Below are positions 49,546-59,360 of a stretch of DNA of 64,000 nucleotides, in pieces. This stretch comes from Longimicrobiales bacterium (GTDB lineage Bacteria; Gemmatimonadota; Gemmatimonadetes; Longimicrobiales; Gaopeijiaceae). The stretch covers positions 2,144,001 through 2,208,000 of the forward strand of contig OZ241869.1 in NCBI GenBank assembly GCA_965202805.1. The letters are read 5' to 3'. A model generated the notes under the pieces. That model had not been told where the DNA came from and ran no database searches. It saw only the letters and a list, made by a program, of their open reading frames with translations. Position 1 is the first letter of the stretch. Every line of letters starts with the position of its first letter. The position numbers and the translations under genes were made by a program.

Positions 49546-51972
49546 ATGAATGTACTCTATGGCGCCACGGCCGCCCTGGGCGTCGCCCTGCTGGTCGGAG
49601 CGAGCGGAAACGGCTTCTTGACGGACGCGCCGCCCGCTCCGGCACCTCCCGCGGCCCACACGGCCGCCGCCGCCGACCTCCCCGCCGCCACGCTCACCGA
49701 GGTGGTGGCCCGGTACTGCCAGGTCTGCCACAACGACGCCCTCCTGACCGGCAACATGACCCTGTCGGGCTTCCAGGTGGAGGCGGCCGCCCAGAACGCC
49801 GAAACCGCAGAGCGCATGATCCGCAAGCTGCGTGCCGGCATGATGCCCCCGCCCGGCATGCCCCGCCCCGCCGGCGACACCCTGCTGGCCCTGGTCGAGA
49901 CGCTCGAGAACACCATCGACGACGCCGCGCGCCGCAACCCCAACCCCGGAGGGCGCACCTTCCAGCGGCTCAACCGGGCGGAATACGCGCAGTCGGTAAA
50001 GGACCTGCTCGGCCTCGAGATCGACGCCGGCGAATACCTCCCCCTGGACACCAAGAGCGCCAACTTCGACAACATCGCCGACGTGCAGATGCTCTCGCCG
50101 ACGCTGCTCGAGGCGTACCTCAACGCGGCCAGCGAGATCAGCCGGCTGGCGATCGGAGACCGCGAAGCATCGCCGCGGGAGGTGGCCTACAAGGTCGAGA
50201 AGCGCGCTTCACAGCTCGTCCATGTGGAGGGCACCCCCTACGGCTCGCGTGGCGGCATCGCCATCAACCACACCTTCCCGGCGGACGGGGAGTACGTGTT
50301 CTGGATGCAGTTCCACGGCGTGGGCGGAAGGGCAGCCGGCGAGAAGATCGAGATCTCCTTCGACGGCGAGCGGGTCGCCCTTCTGGACGTGAACCTGCGC
50401 GGCGGGACGGAGAACGAGCAGCAGGGCCGGGAGATGGTCACCGACCCCATCTTCGTGCGCGCCGGTCCGCGCAGCGTGTCCGCGGCGTTCGTCAGGACCT
50501 TCGAGGGACCGGTAGAGGAAGTGCGCGCGCCGCTCGGCCGCGCCGTCAACAGCGGCTGGCCCGACCTGGCGCTCACCACCGTGCCGCACCTGCGCGAGTT
50601 CGCGGTGCGCGGACCCTTCAGCGTCACCGGCGTATCGGAGACGCCGAGCCGGCAGAAGATCTTCAGTTGCCGCCCGACCGCTCCGGACGAAGCGCCCACA
50701 TGCGCGCGCAGCATCTTCTCGCGTCTGGCCACGGAAGCCTACAGGCGTCCCGCCAGCGGGAGCGACGTCGCCGACCTGATGGCCTTCTACGAGATCGGCG
50801 CCGACGAGGGCGGCTTCGAGCGCGGCGTCCGCTTCGCGCTGCAGGCCTTGCTGGCGAGCCCGCATTTCGTCTTCCGCTTCGAGGAACCGCCCTCGGGCAC
50901 GCGGGCCGGCGAGGAATACGAACTCGACGGCGCCGCCGTCGCCTCGCGGCTGTCCTTCTTCCTCTGGGGCTCTCCCCCGGATGAAGAGCTCATGGAGGCT
51001 GCCCGCCGCGGGAGGCTGGACGACGACGACGTACTCGAACGGCAGGTGCGCCGAATGCTGGCGGATCCGCGCGCCGAAGCCCTTTCGACCCGCTTCGCGT
51101 CGCAGTGGCTGCGTCTGCAGGATCTGGAGAAGGTGTCGCCCGACATCTACACCTTCCCGTACTTCGACATGACGCTGTCGGACGCGATGCGGCGGGAGAC
51201 CGAGCTCTTCTTCCAGCATCTCGTGCAGGAGGACCGCAGCCTGCTGGACATTCTCACGGCGGACTACACCTTCGTGAACGAGCGGCTGGCCGCGCACTAC
51301 GGGATGCCCGGCGTGGCCGGCAATGACTTCCGGCGCGTCGCCTATCCGGACGGCAGCCGCAGCGGGCTCCTCGGACAGGGCAGCATCCTCATGCTCACCT
51401 CGATGGCCAACCGCACCTCGCCCGTGCTGCGGGGCAAGTGGGTCATGGAAGTGCTTCTGGACGCTCCGCCTCCGCCTCCGCCGCCCGATGTTCCCGCCCT
51501 GGAGGCCATCGAAGGAACCGAGGAAGGCAAGGTCCTGACCACGCGCGAGCGCATGGAGAAGCACCGGGCCAGCCCGGTCTGCCAGGCCTGCCACCAGTTC
51601 ATGGACCCCATCGGTCTGGCGCTCGACAACTTCGACGTCACCGGGGAGTGGCGCGTGCGCGAGTACGGGATGCCGCTCGACACCCGGGGAACCTTCTACG
51701 ACGGAACCACCGTGGCGAGCCCGGGCGATCTGCGCGACGTGCTTCTCAAGCGCCCCATCCCCATCGTGCGCGCCTTTGCCAAGAACCTGATGGCGTACGC
51801 GCTCGGGCGCCGCGTGATGCACTACGACCAGCCTGCGATCCGCGAAATCACGCGCGAGGCGGAGGCCAATGACTACCGGATGTCGTCGTTCATACTGGGC
51901 GTGGTCCAGAGCGACGCGTTCTCCATGAAGCGTACGGATGCGCTCCTGACGGAGGAGACGTCATCCAACTGA
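49546..51972 (+). CDS. Cassette 4 gene A: secreted di-CxxCH DUF1592-type protein
   Basis: GGAGG RBS before ATG 49546; signal peptide; YCQVCHND; RTSPVLRGKWV; CQACH. Confidence 0.9.
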   Translation: MNVLYGATAALGVALLVGASGNGFLTDAPPAPAPPAAHTAAAADLPAATLTEVVARYCQVCHNDALLTGNMTLSGFQVEAAAQNAETAERMIRKLRAGMMPPPGMPRPAGDTLLALVETLENTIDDAARRNPNPGGRTFQRLNRAEYAQSVKDLLGLEIDAGEYLPLDTKSANFDNIADVQMLSPTLLEAYLNAASEISRLAIGDREASPREVAYKVEKRASQLVHVEGTPYGSRGGIAINHTFPADGEYVFWMQFHGVGGRAAGEKIEISFDGERVALLDVNLRGGTENEQQGREMVTDPIFVRAGPRSVSAAFVRTFEGPVEEVRAPLGRAVNSGWPDLALTTVPHLREFAVRGPFSVTGVSETPSRQKIFSCRPTAPDEAPTCARSIFSRLATEAYRRPASGSDVADLMAFYEIGADEGGFERGVRFALQALLASPHFVFRFEEPPSGTRAGEEYELDGAAVASRLSFFLWGSPPDEELMEAARRGRLDDDDVLERQVRRMLADPRAEALSTRFASQWLRLQDLEKVSPDIYTFPYFDMTLSDAMRRETELFFQHLVQEDRSLLDILTADYTFVNERLAAHYGMPGVAGNDFRRVAYPDGSRSGLLGQGSILMLTSMANRTSPVLRGKWVMEVLLDAPPPPPPPDVPALEAIEGTEEGKVLTTRERMEKHRASPVCQACHQFMDPIGLALDNFDVTGEWRVREYGMPLDTRGTFYDGTTVASPGDLRDVLLKRPIPIVRAFAKNLMAYALGRRVMHYDQPAIREITREAEANDYRMSSFILGVVQSDAFSMKRTDALLTEETSSN

Positions 51973-52002
51973 AGCGGGGCTAACGTCCCGGGAGGCAAAT
52001 CG

Positions 52003-53430
52003 ATGAACTTCCTCACCGGCAAACATATCCACCGGCGCACCTTCCTGCGCGGGATGGGCGGATCCCTGGCGCTTCCGCTTCTGGACGCAATGGTGCCCGC
52101 GGGCGCGGGATGGGCCCGGGCTTCGGCCAATCTGGAGAAGACCCGCTTCATCGCCGTCGAGATCGTGCACGGCGCCTCCGGATGCACGGAATGGGGCGCG
52201 ACCCAGAACCTGTGGTCGCCGGCGAAGACCGGGCGCGACTTCGATCTGAGCCCAACGGCCATGAAGTCGCTCGCGCCGTTCCAGGACTACCTCACCATCG
52301 TCAGCAACACGGACGTGCGCATGGCGGACGCCTACACGTCGCCCGAGATCGGTGGTGACCACTTCCGTTCGAGCGCGACGTTCCTGACGCAGGCGCACGC
52401 GAAGCAGACCGAGGGTTCGGACGTCTTCGTGGGAACCTCGATGGATCAGCTGTACGCGCATCGCTTCGGCCAGGAGACGCCGATTCCGTCGATGCAGCTG
52501 TGCATCGAGAACGTGGACCAGGCGGGCGGATGCGCCTACGGCTACGCCTGCGTGTACACCGACACCCTGAGCTGGGCCTCCCCCACCGAGCCGCTGCCGA
52601 TGATCCGCGATCCGCGGGTCGCCTTCGACATGCTCTTCGGAGCGGGCGGAACCCCCGAGGCGCGCGCCGAGCGCCGGCGGGCCAACCGCAGCATCCTGGA
52701 CTGGATCGCGGGCGAGGTGGCCGAGTTGAAGATGGTGCTGGGCGGCGAGGACCAGGTCCGGCTGGAGCAGTACCTGGAGAACGTGCGTGAGCTGGAGCGC
52801 CGGATTCAGATGATCGAGGAGCAGAACGCGAGCGGCGAGGAGCGGGCCCTTCCGGAAGCCCCGGCGGGCGTTCCCGACTCCTTCACCGAGCACCTGCAGC
52901 TCATGTTCGACCTCCAGGTGCTGGCCTTCCAGACCGACATGACGCGGGTCTTCACGCTCAAGCTGTCGCGCGACGCCACCAACCGGGTCTACCCGGAGAG
53001 CGGCCTCGACCTGCCCTTCCATCCCACGTCGCACCACGGCAACAACCATGAGGAAATCCTCAAATTCCAGCAGTTCAACGAGTTCTTCACGGGACAGATG
53101 CTTTACCTGCTGGAGAAGCTGAACGGGTCGATGGACGGGGACGCGAGCCTGCTCGACCGCAGCATGGTGCTGTACGGATCGCCCATGGGCGACCCCAACG
53201 TCCACAACCACCGGCGGGTGCCCATGTTCCTCGCCGGCAAGGCCAACGGCCAACTCGAGGGCAACGTGCACCTGCACGCTCCCGACGGCACGCCCATGGC
53301 CAACGTGATGCTCACCATGTTGCACAAGCTGGGTCTGGACGACCTGGAGGACTTCGGCGACAGCACCGGCGAATTCGGGCTGTCGCTGCCCGTGATGGCG
53401 GCCGAAGACGCCAGCAGCTCGAGCAGATAG
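52003..53430 (+). CDS. Cassette 4 gene B: DUF1552 (HXXSHH) protein
   Basis: GGAGG RBS; HRRTFLRG; GGCAYGYAC; HPTSHH; NVHNHRRVP. Confidence 0.9.
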   Translation: MNFLTGKHIHRRTFLRGMGGSLALPLLDAMVPAGAGWARASANLEKTRFIAVEIVHGASGCTEWGATQNLWSPAKTGRDFDLSPTAMKSLAPFQDYLTIVSNTDVRMADAYTSPEIGGDHFRSSATFLTQAHAKQTEGSDVFVGTSMDQLYAHRFGQETPIPSMQLCIENVDQAGGCAYGYACVYTDTLSWASPTEPLPMIRDPRVAFDMLFGAGGTPEARAERRRANRSILDWIAGEVAELKMVLGGEDQVRLEQYLENVRELERRIQMIEEQNASGEERALPEAPAGVPDSFTEHLQLMFDLQVLAFQTDMTRVFTLKLSRDATNRVYPESGLDLPFHPTSHHGNNHEEILKFQQFNEFFTGQMLYLLEKLNGSMDGDASLLDRSMVLYGSPMGDPNVHNHRRVPMFLAGKANGQLEGNVHLHAPDGTPMANVMLTMLHKLGLDDLEDFGDSTGEFGLSLPVMAAEDASSSSR

Positions 53431-53497
53431 GGCGGGCCCGCGGGACGATCGCCGGAGGTCACGCATTCAAGGACATCACGCGCACACCGGAGAGCCG

Positions 53498-55255
53498 ATG
53501 AGAGAGATGATGCGCGAGAAGCGAAGGAAGACGGGAGCCGGGAGAAGGGAGAGGCCGGGCGCGCTGGTGGCCGCCCTGATCCTGACCCTCCTGGTCTCGG
53601 CTGCGACGCCGCCGGACTCGCCGGTGGCGGACGCCGCCATGCGCGGCGACCACGGGTCGGTGCGCGGGCTGCTTCAACAGGGGGCCGACGTAAACGCCGC
53701 CCAGGGCGACGGCATGACCGCGCTCCACTGGGCGGCCGACCGCGGTGACCTGGGGATGGCCCGGATGCTCGTCTACGCGGGGGCCGGCCTGGACGCGGTC
53801 ACGCGGATGGCGGAGTACACGCCCCTGCACCTGGCCAGCCGGGCGGGCCACGGGGCGGTGGTGCGCGCGCTGCTCGAGGCGGGCAGCGACCCGGCGGCGC
53901 TCACCGCCAGCGGCGGCGCCACCCCGCTGCACCTGGCGGCCGCGGCGGGTGATCCGGAATCGGTCGCCGCGCTCATCGAGTACGGCGCCGAGGCGGACGC
54001 CCGCGAGGAGAGGGCCGGGCAGACCCCGCTGATCTTCGCCGCGGCACAGAACCGGGTGGAGGCGATCCAGGCGCTGCTCGCGGGCGGGGCCGACCCGTCG
54101 CTTACCACTGCCGTGGTGGACATGGTCGAGCTGGAGGAGTCCCTCCGCGGTGGCGAGCAGGACCGGGTGCGCCAGCAGATCGCCGCCCAACTCGCCGCCA
54201 GGGCCACGCAGGAACAGAAGGAAGAGGGCGAAGAGGAAGAGAAGCCGGCCGAGGCCCCCAAGCCCCTCTCCATGGGGCAGCAGGTGGGGCACATGGGTGG
54301 CATGACCGCGCTGCTGCACGCGGCGCGCCAGGGTCACGCCGGAGCCGTAGAGGCGCTCCTCGACGCCGGCGCCGGGATCGATCAGGTCAGCGCGGACGGG
54401 ACCACGCCGATCTTCATCGCCGCGCTTAACGGCCATTTCGACCTGGTCCTGGCGCTGCTGGAACGCGGCGCCGATCCGAACCTCGCCAACCACGCGAACG
54501 GCACGCCTCTCTTCGCCACCATCAACCAGCAGTGGATCCCCAAGACCGGGTACGCCCAGCCCAACGTCCATCTCCAGCAGAACGCCACCCACCTGGAGGT
54601 CATGGAGGCACTCCTGCGGGCGGGGGCCGACCCGAACGCGCGACTGTCCAAGCGGCTCTGGTTCACCCAGTACGGCGGCAGCATCCTGAGCGTCAACATG
54701 ATCGGCGCGACGCCCTTCTGGCGCGCCTCCTACGCGGCCGACGTCGTCGCGATGAGGCTGCTGGTCGCGTACGGCGCCGACCACCGCGTCCCGACGCAGC
54801 GGCCGCCTCCGCGCCGCCGCATCGCCTGGGACGAGGATCCGGGCGCGGACAAGTCGGGGATTCCCGCAGTGCCGGTCGGTGGCCCGGGCATCTACCCGAT
54901 TCACGCGGCATCCGGTGTGGGATACGGGCAGGGCTTCGCGGCCAACGCCCATCGGCACGCGCCCGACGGCTGGATGCCGGCCATGCGCTACCTGGTGGAC
55001 GAACTGGGCGTGGACGTCAACGTGCGCGACCACGACGCGTACAACGCGCTGCATCACGCCGCCTCCCGCGGGGACACGGAGATGATCCGGTTCCTGGTGG
55101 AGCGCGGCGCGGACGTAATGGCGATCAGCCGCATCGGCCAGACGACCGCCGACATGGCCAACGGGCCCTATCAGCGCACCACGCCCTACCCGGATGCGAT
55201 CGCGCTGCTGGAGTCGCTCGGTTCCCTGAACAACAACAACTGCCAGTCCTGCTGA
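53498..55255 (+). CDS. Cassette 4 gene C: secreted ankyrin-repeat protein with terminal CxxC
   Basis: Basic N-region plus hydrophobic signal, DSPVADAAMRGD, ankyrin repeats, ends NNNNCQSC. Confidence 0.9.
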   Translation: MREMMREKRRKTGAGRRERPGALVAALILTLLVSAATPPDSPVADAAMRGDHGSVRGLLQQGADVNAAQGDGMTALHWAADRGDLGMARMLVYAGAGLDAVTRMAEYTPLHLASRAGHGAVVRALLEAGSDPAALTASGGATPLHLAAAAGDPESVAALIEYGAEADAREERAGQTPLIFAAAQNRVEAIQALLAGGADPSLTTAVVDMVELEESLRGGEQDRVRQQIAAQLAARATQEQKEEGEEEEKPAEAPKPLSMGQQVGHMGGMTALLHAARQGHAGAVEALLDAGAGIDQVSADGTTPIFIAALNGHFDLVLALLERGADPNLANHANGTPLFATINQQWIPKTGYAQPNVHLQQNATHLEVMEALLRAGADPNARLSKRLWFTQYGGSILSVNMIGATPFWRASYAADVVAMRLLVAYGADHRVPTQRPPPRRRIAWDEDPGADKSGIPAVPVGGPGIYPIHAASGVGYGQGFAANAHRHAPDGWMPAMRYLVDELGVDVNVRDHDAYNALHHAASRGDTEMIRFLVERGADVMAISRIGQTTADMANGPYQRTTPYPDAIALLESLGSLNNNNCQSC

Positions 55256-55286
55256 AGACGCGGCGGCATCCAACGGGCGGAGCACG

Positions 55287-57842
55287 GTGAAGAACGTCAC
55301 GACTGTCGGACTGCTGGGCCTTCTCTGGGTCAACCTGGGCGTCCTTGCGAGCCCCGAACCCTCCGTGGACAGGAGAGGTGGCGCACCTCCCGGTATGGTT
55401 TCCCATACCGCCGATATGGATACCCATACCAACGGGTGGTCCGGACGCTTCTCGACCTCGGGCGCCGCCGTGGCCGGGAGGGCGGTCGGACCGGGTTCCG
55501 CCCGCGTTCGGGTAGCGCCTTCCACGCTCACCGATGTGGTGCAGCGCTACTGCCAGGTGTGCCACAACGACGCGCTTCTGACCGGCAACCTCTCGCTCGC
55601 CGGGTTCGACGTGGAGCAGGCGCCGTCGCGGCCCGAGACCGCGGAGAAGATGATCCTCAAGCTGCGTGCCGGGATGATGCCGCCCCCTGGGATGCCCCGG
55701 CCCGCCGGCGACACCCTGGTCGCGCTGGTGGAGGAACTGGAGGGCAGGATGGACGCGGCCGCGCGCGCGGCCCCCAACCCCGGCGGGCGCACCTTCCAGC
55801 GGCTCAACCAGGCCGAGTACGCGAGGTCGATCGAGGACCTCCTGAACCTGCGCATCGACGCCGGCGACTACCTGCCGCCCGACACCAAGAGCGCGAACTT
55901 CGACAACATCTCCGAGGCGCAGCTGCTCTCGCCCACGCTCCTCGACGCATACATGAACGCGGCCAACCAGATCAGCCGCCTGGCCATCGGCAACCCAGGC
56001 GCCCAGCCCGCCGAGCGGACCTACACGGTGTCCGGCTATGTCTCCCAGAGGGAGCGGGTCGAGGGGGCGCCCTACGGCACCCGCGGCGGCGTGAGCGTGG
56101 TGCACCACTTCCCCGCGGACGGCACCTACCAGTTCCGCATCGTCTTCGAGCACACCACCACGGGCGAGGGCTTCTTCGGCCAGATCGCGCGCTTCGAGCA
56201 GCTCGAAGTCTCGATCAACGGCGAGCGGGTGGCGCTGCTGGACGTGGACCAGTGGATGCACATTTCCGATCCGGAAGGCATCTCCATGCGCACGGATCCG
56301 GTCTTCGTGCGCGCGGGGCCGCAACGGGTGACCGCGGCCTTCGTCAAGCGCACCGAGGGGCCGGTGGAAGACCTCATGTCGCCCCACGAATGGTCGCTGG
56401 CGGACCGGCACACCGGCATCAGCGGCTACGGTCTGACCCTGCTTCCGCACCTTCGGGACCTGGTGATCGGCGGGCCGTACGAAGCGGCCGGAATCTCGGA
56501 GACGCCCAGCCGGCAGCGCATCTTCAGCTGTCGTCCCGAGTCGGCCGGGGAAGGCGAGAGCTGCGCCCGCGACATCCTCACCCGGCTGGCGGGCAAGGCG
56601 TACCGCAGGCCGCTGCTCGAGCGCGACATGGCCCCGCTCATGGCCTTCTACCGCACCGGCGAGGATGAGGGCGGCTTCGAGGCGGGCATCGCCACCGCCC
56701 TGACGGCCATCCTGGCGAGCCCGCACTTCGTGTTCCGCATGGAGGAGGCGCCGGCCGGCATCCAGCCGGGCGAGACGTTCCGGATCGACGATATCGACCT
56801 GGCCTCGCGGCTGTCCTTCTTCCTCTGGGGGACGCCGCCGGACGACGAGCTCATGGCGCTGGCGGGAGAAGGTGCGCTGAGCCGCGACGAAGCCCTGGAA
56901 GCGCAGGTGCGGCGCATGCTGGCCGATCCGCGCGCGGCCTCCCTGGGACCCCGGTTCGCGGCCCAGTGGCTGCGCCTGCAGGATCTGGAACTGGTTCATC
57001 CGGACCAGTTCTGGTTCCCCGACTACGACCAGCAGCTCGCCGACGCCATGCTGCGCGAGACCGAGCTGTTCTTCAACCACCTGGTCGAGGAGGATCGAAA
57101 CGTCCTCGATCTGTACGACGCCGACTACACCTTCGTGAACGAACGCCTTGCGCGTCACTACGGCATTCCCGGGGTGCTGGGCACCCAGTTCCGGCGGGTG
57201 AACTACCCGGGTCCCGAGCGGCGCGGCGTGCTGGGTCACGGCAGCATCCTCACCCTGACCTCGGTGGCGAACCGGACATCGCCGGTGCTGCGCGGCAAGT
57301 GGGTGATGGAGGTGCTGTTGGGGACGCCCCCTCCCCCTCCCCCTCCGGGGATTCCGGACCTGGAGGAGACCGAGGACTCGGAGGGCGGACGCATGCTCAC
57401 CACCCGTGAGCGCATGGAGAAGCATCGCGCCAACCCGGTGTGCAACGCCTGTCACCAGTTCATGGATCCCATCGGGCTGGCGCTGGACAACTTCGACGTC
57501 ACCGGGAAGTGGCGCATCCGCGAGCACGGCATGCCGCTCGACACGAGAGGCACCTTCTACGACGGCAGCACGGTCGCGAGCCCGGACGACTTGCGCGAGG
57601 CGCTCCTTCGGCGGCCGGAGCCGCTCATCCGGACGTTTACCGCGAACCTGATGACGTACGCGCTGGGGCGCAGGACCGAGTACTACGATCAGCCGGCCAT
57701 CCGCGCCATCGTGGCGGAGGCGGCCGAGGAAGACTACAGGATGTCGTCCTTCATCACCGGCGTGGTGAAGAGCGACGCCTTCAGAGCCAAGAGGGTACCC
57801 GAGGCGCTGGCGGAGAGCGCCCCGCAGCCGCCGGACCGGTAG
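55287..57842 (+). CDS. Cassette 5 gene A: secreted di-CxxCH DUF1592-type protein
   Basis: GGAG RBS before GTG; signal peptide; YCQVCHND; RTSPVLRGKWV; CNACH. Confidence 0.9.
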   Translation: MKNVTTVGLLGLLWVNLGVLASPEPSVDRRGGAPPGMVSHTADMDTHTNGWSGRFSTSGAAVAGRAVGPGSARVRVAPSTLTDVVQRYCQVCHNDALLTGNLSLAGFDVEQAPSRPETAEKMILKLRAGMMPPPGMPRPAGDTLVALVEELEGRMDAAARAAPNPGGRTFQRLNQAEYARSIEDLLNLRIDAGDYLPPDTKSANFDNISEAQLLSPTLLDAYMNAANQISRLAIGNPGAQPAERTYTVSGYVSQRERVEGAPYGTRGGVSVVHHFPADGTYQFRIVFEHTTTGEGFFGQIARFEQLEVSINGERVALLDVDQWMHISDPEGISMRTDPVFVRAGPQRVTAAFVKRTEGPVEDLMSPHEWSLADRHTGISGYGLTLLPHLRDLVIGGPYEAAGISETPSRQRIFSCRPESAGEGESCARDILTRLAGKAYRRPLLERDMAPLMAFYRTGEDEGGFEAGIATALTAILASPHFVFRMEEAPAGIQPGETFRIDDIDLASRLSFFLWGTPPDDELMALAGEGALSRDEALEAQVRRMLADPRAASLGPRFAAQWLRLQDLELVHPDQFWFPDYDQQLADAMLRETELFFNHLVEEDRNVLDLYDADYTFVNERLARHYGIPGVLGTQFRRVNYPGPERRGVLGHGSILTLTSVANRTSPVLRGKWVMEVLLGTPPPPPPPGIPDLEETEDSEGGRMLTTRERMEKHRANPVCNACHQFMDPIGLALDNFDVTGKWRIREHGMPLDTRGTFYDGSTVASPDDLREALLRRPEPLIRTFTANLMTYALGRRTEYYDQPAIRAIVAEAAEEDYRMSSFITGVVKSDAFRAKRVPEALAESAPQPPDR

Positions 57843-57926
57843 GCGCGCCGGCAGCCGGAGACGAAGAAACGCGTCCGGCCGCCCCGCCCATCGCCAGCGG
57901 CGACGAACCATCCGAGGAGAGTGGAG

Positions 57927-59360
57927 ATGCACTTCATCACCGGGACACACATCCCCCGCCGTACCTTCCTGCGCGGCGCCGGCGCGACCGTCGCCCTGCC
58001 CTTCCTGGATGCCATGATCCCCGCGGGCGGCGTCTGGTCACGCAGGGCGGCCGCCGATCCCGCCACCCGGCTGGTGGCCATCGAGATGGTGCACGGGGCC
58101 GCGGGGTGCAACGAATGGGGCGCCACCCAGTACCTGTGGTCCCCCGAGGCAACCGGGCGCAACTTCGACCTCTCCCCGAGCTCGCTGCTTCCGCTCGAAC
58201 CCTACCGCGACCGCCTCACCATCATCAGCAACACCGACGTGCGGATGGCCGAGGCCAGAATGCCCCACGAGATCGGCGGCGACCACTTCCGTTCGAGTGC
58301 CGTCTTCCTCACCCAGGCCCATCCCAGGCAGACCCGGGGTTCGGACGTGTTCGCCGGCACCTCCATGGATCAGGTGCACGCGCAGCGCTTCGGGCAGGAC
58401 ACGCCGATCCCTTCGATGCAGCTCTGCATTGAGAACGTGGACCAGTCGGGGGGCTGCGCCTACGGCTACTCGTGCGTCTATACCGACACCATCAGCTGGG
58501 CTTCGTCCACCGAGCCGCTGCCCATGATCCGCGACCCGCGGGTGGCCTTCGAGATGCTCTTCGGGGCCGGAGGCACGCCCGAGGAACGAGCCGCGCGCAG
58601 GCGCACCGACGGGAGCATTCTGGACTGGATCGCCGGCGAAGTCGCGTATCTCAGGCGCGCGCTTGCGCAGGACGACCAGCAGCGCCTCGACCGCTACCTG
58701 GAGAACGTCCGCGAGCTGGAGCGGCGGATCGAGGGCATCGAGACCCGCAACACCAGCGGGGAGCCGCGCGAGCTGCCCGAAGCACCGGCCGGGGTCCCGG
58801 ACTCCTTCACCGAGCACATGCAGCTCATGTTCGACATCCAGGTGCTCGCCTTCGCCTCCGACGTCACGCGCGTGTTCTCCTTCAAGACGGGGCGGGACGC
58901 GTCGTCGCGGGTCTATACCGAGAGCGGCATCGACAAGGCCTTCCACCCGGCGTCGCATCACGGAGGCAACGAGGAGGCCATTCTGGACTTCGCCCGCATC
59001 AACACCTTCCAGGCGGGGCAGCTCCCGTATCTCCTGCAGAAGCTGGAGGAGACGACGGAGGGCGACGGCACCCTGCTCGACAAGACGATGATCGTCTACG
59101 GCTCGCCGATGGCCGACGGCAACCTGCACAACCACCGCCGCTGCCCGCTCATCGTGCTGGGCGGCGCGAACGGGCGCCACGAAGGCGGGCTGCACCTGAA
59201 GGCTCCCGACGGCACCCCCATGGCCAACGTGATGTTGAGCATGCTGCACGCCCTGGGGCACGACGACAGGGACAGCTTCGGCGACAGCACGGGCGAGTTC
59301 CGGTTGAGCCCGCCGGCGGTGGTCGTCGAGGCTTCCAACCGGTCCGACCAGAGCGGCTGA
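57927..59360 (+). CDS. Cassette 5 gene B: DUF1552 (HXXSHH) protein
   Basis: GAGGAG RBS; PRRTFLRG; GGCAYGYSC; HPASHH; NLHNHRRCP. Confidence 0.9.
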   Translation: MHFITGTHIPRRTFLRGAGATVALPFLDAMIPAGGVWSRRAAADPATRLVAIEMVHGAAGCNEWGATQYLWSPEATGRNFDLSPSSLLPLEPYRDRLTIISNTDVRMAEARMPHEIGGDHFRSSAVFLTQAHPRQTRGSDVFAGTSMDQVHAQRFGQDTPIPSMQLCIENVDQSGGCAYGYSCVYTDTISWASSTEPLPMIRDPRVAFEMLFGAGGTPEERAARRRTDGSILDWIAGEVAYLRRALAQDDQQRLDRYLENVRELERRIEGIETRNTSGEPRELPEAPAGVPDSFTEHMQLMFDIQVLAFASDVTRVFSFKTGRDASSRVYTESGIDKAFHPASHHGGNEEAILDFARINTFQAGQLPYLLQKLEETTEGDGTLLDKTMIVYGSPMADGNLHNHRRCPLIVLGGANGRHEGGLHLKAPDGTPMANVMLSMLHALGHDDRDSFGDSTGEFRLSPPAVVVEASNRSDQSG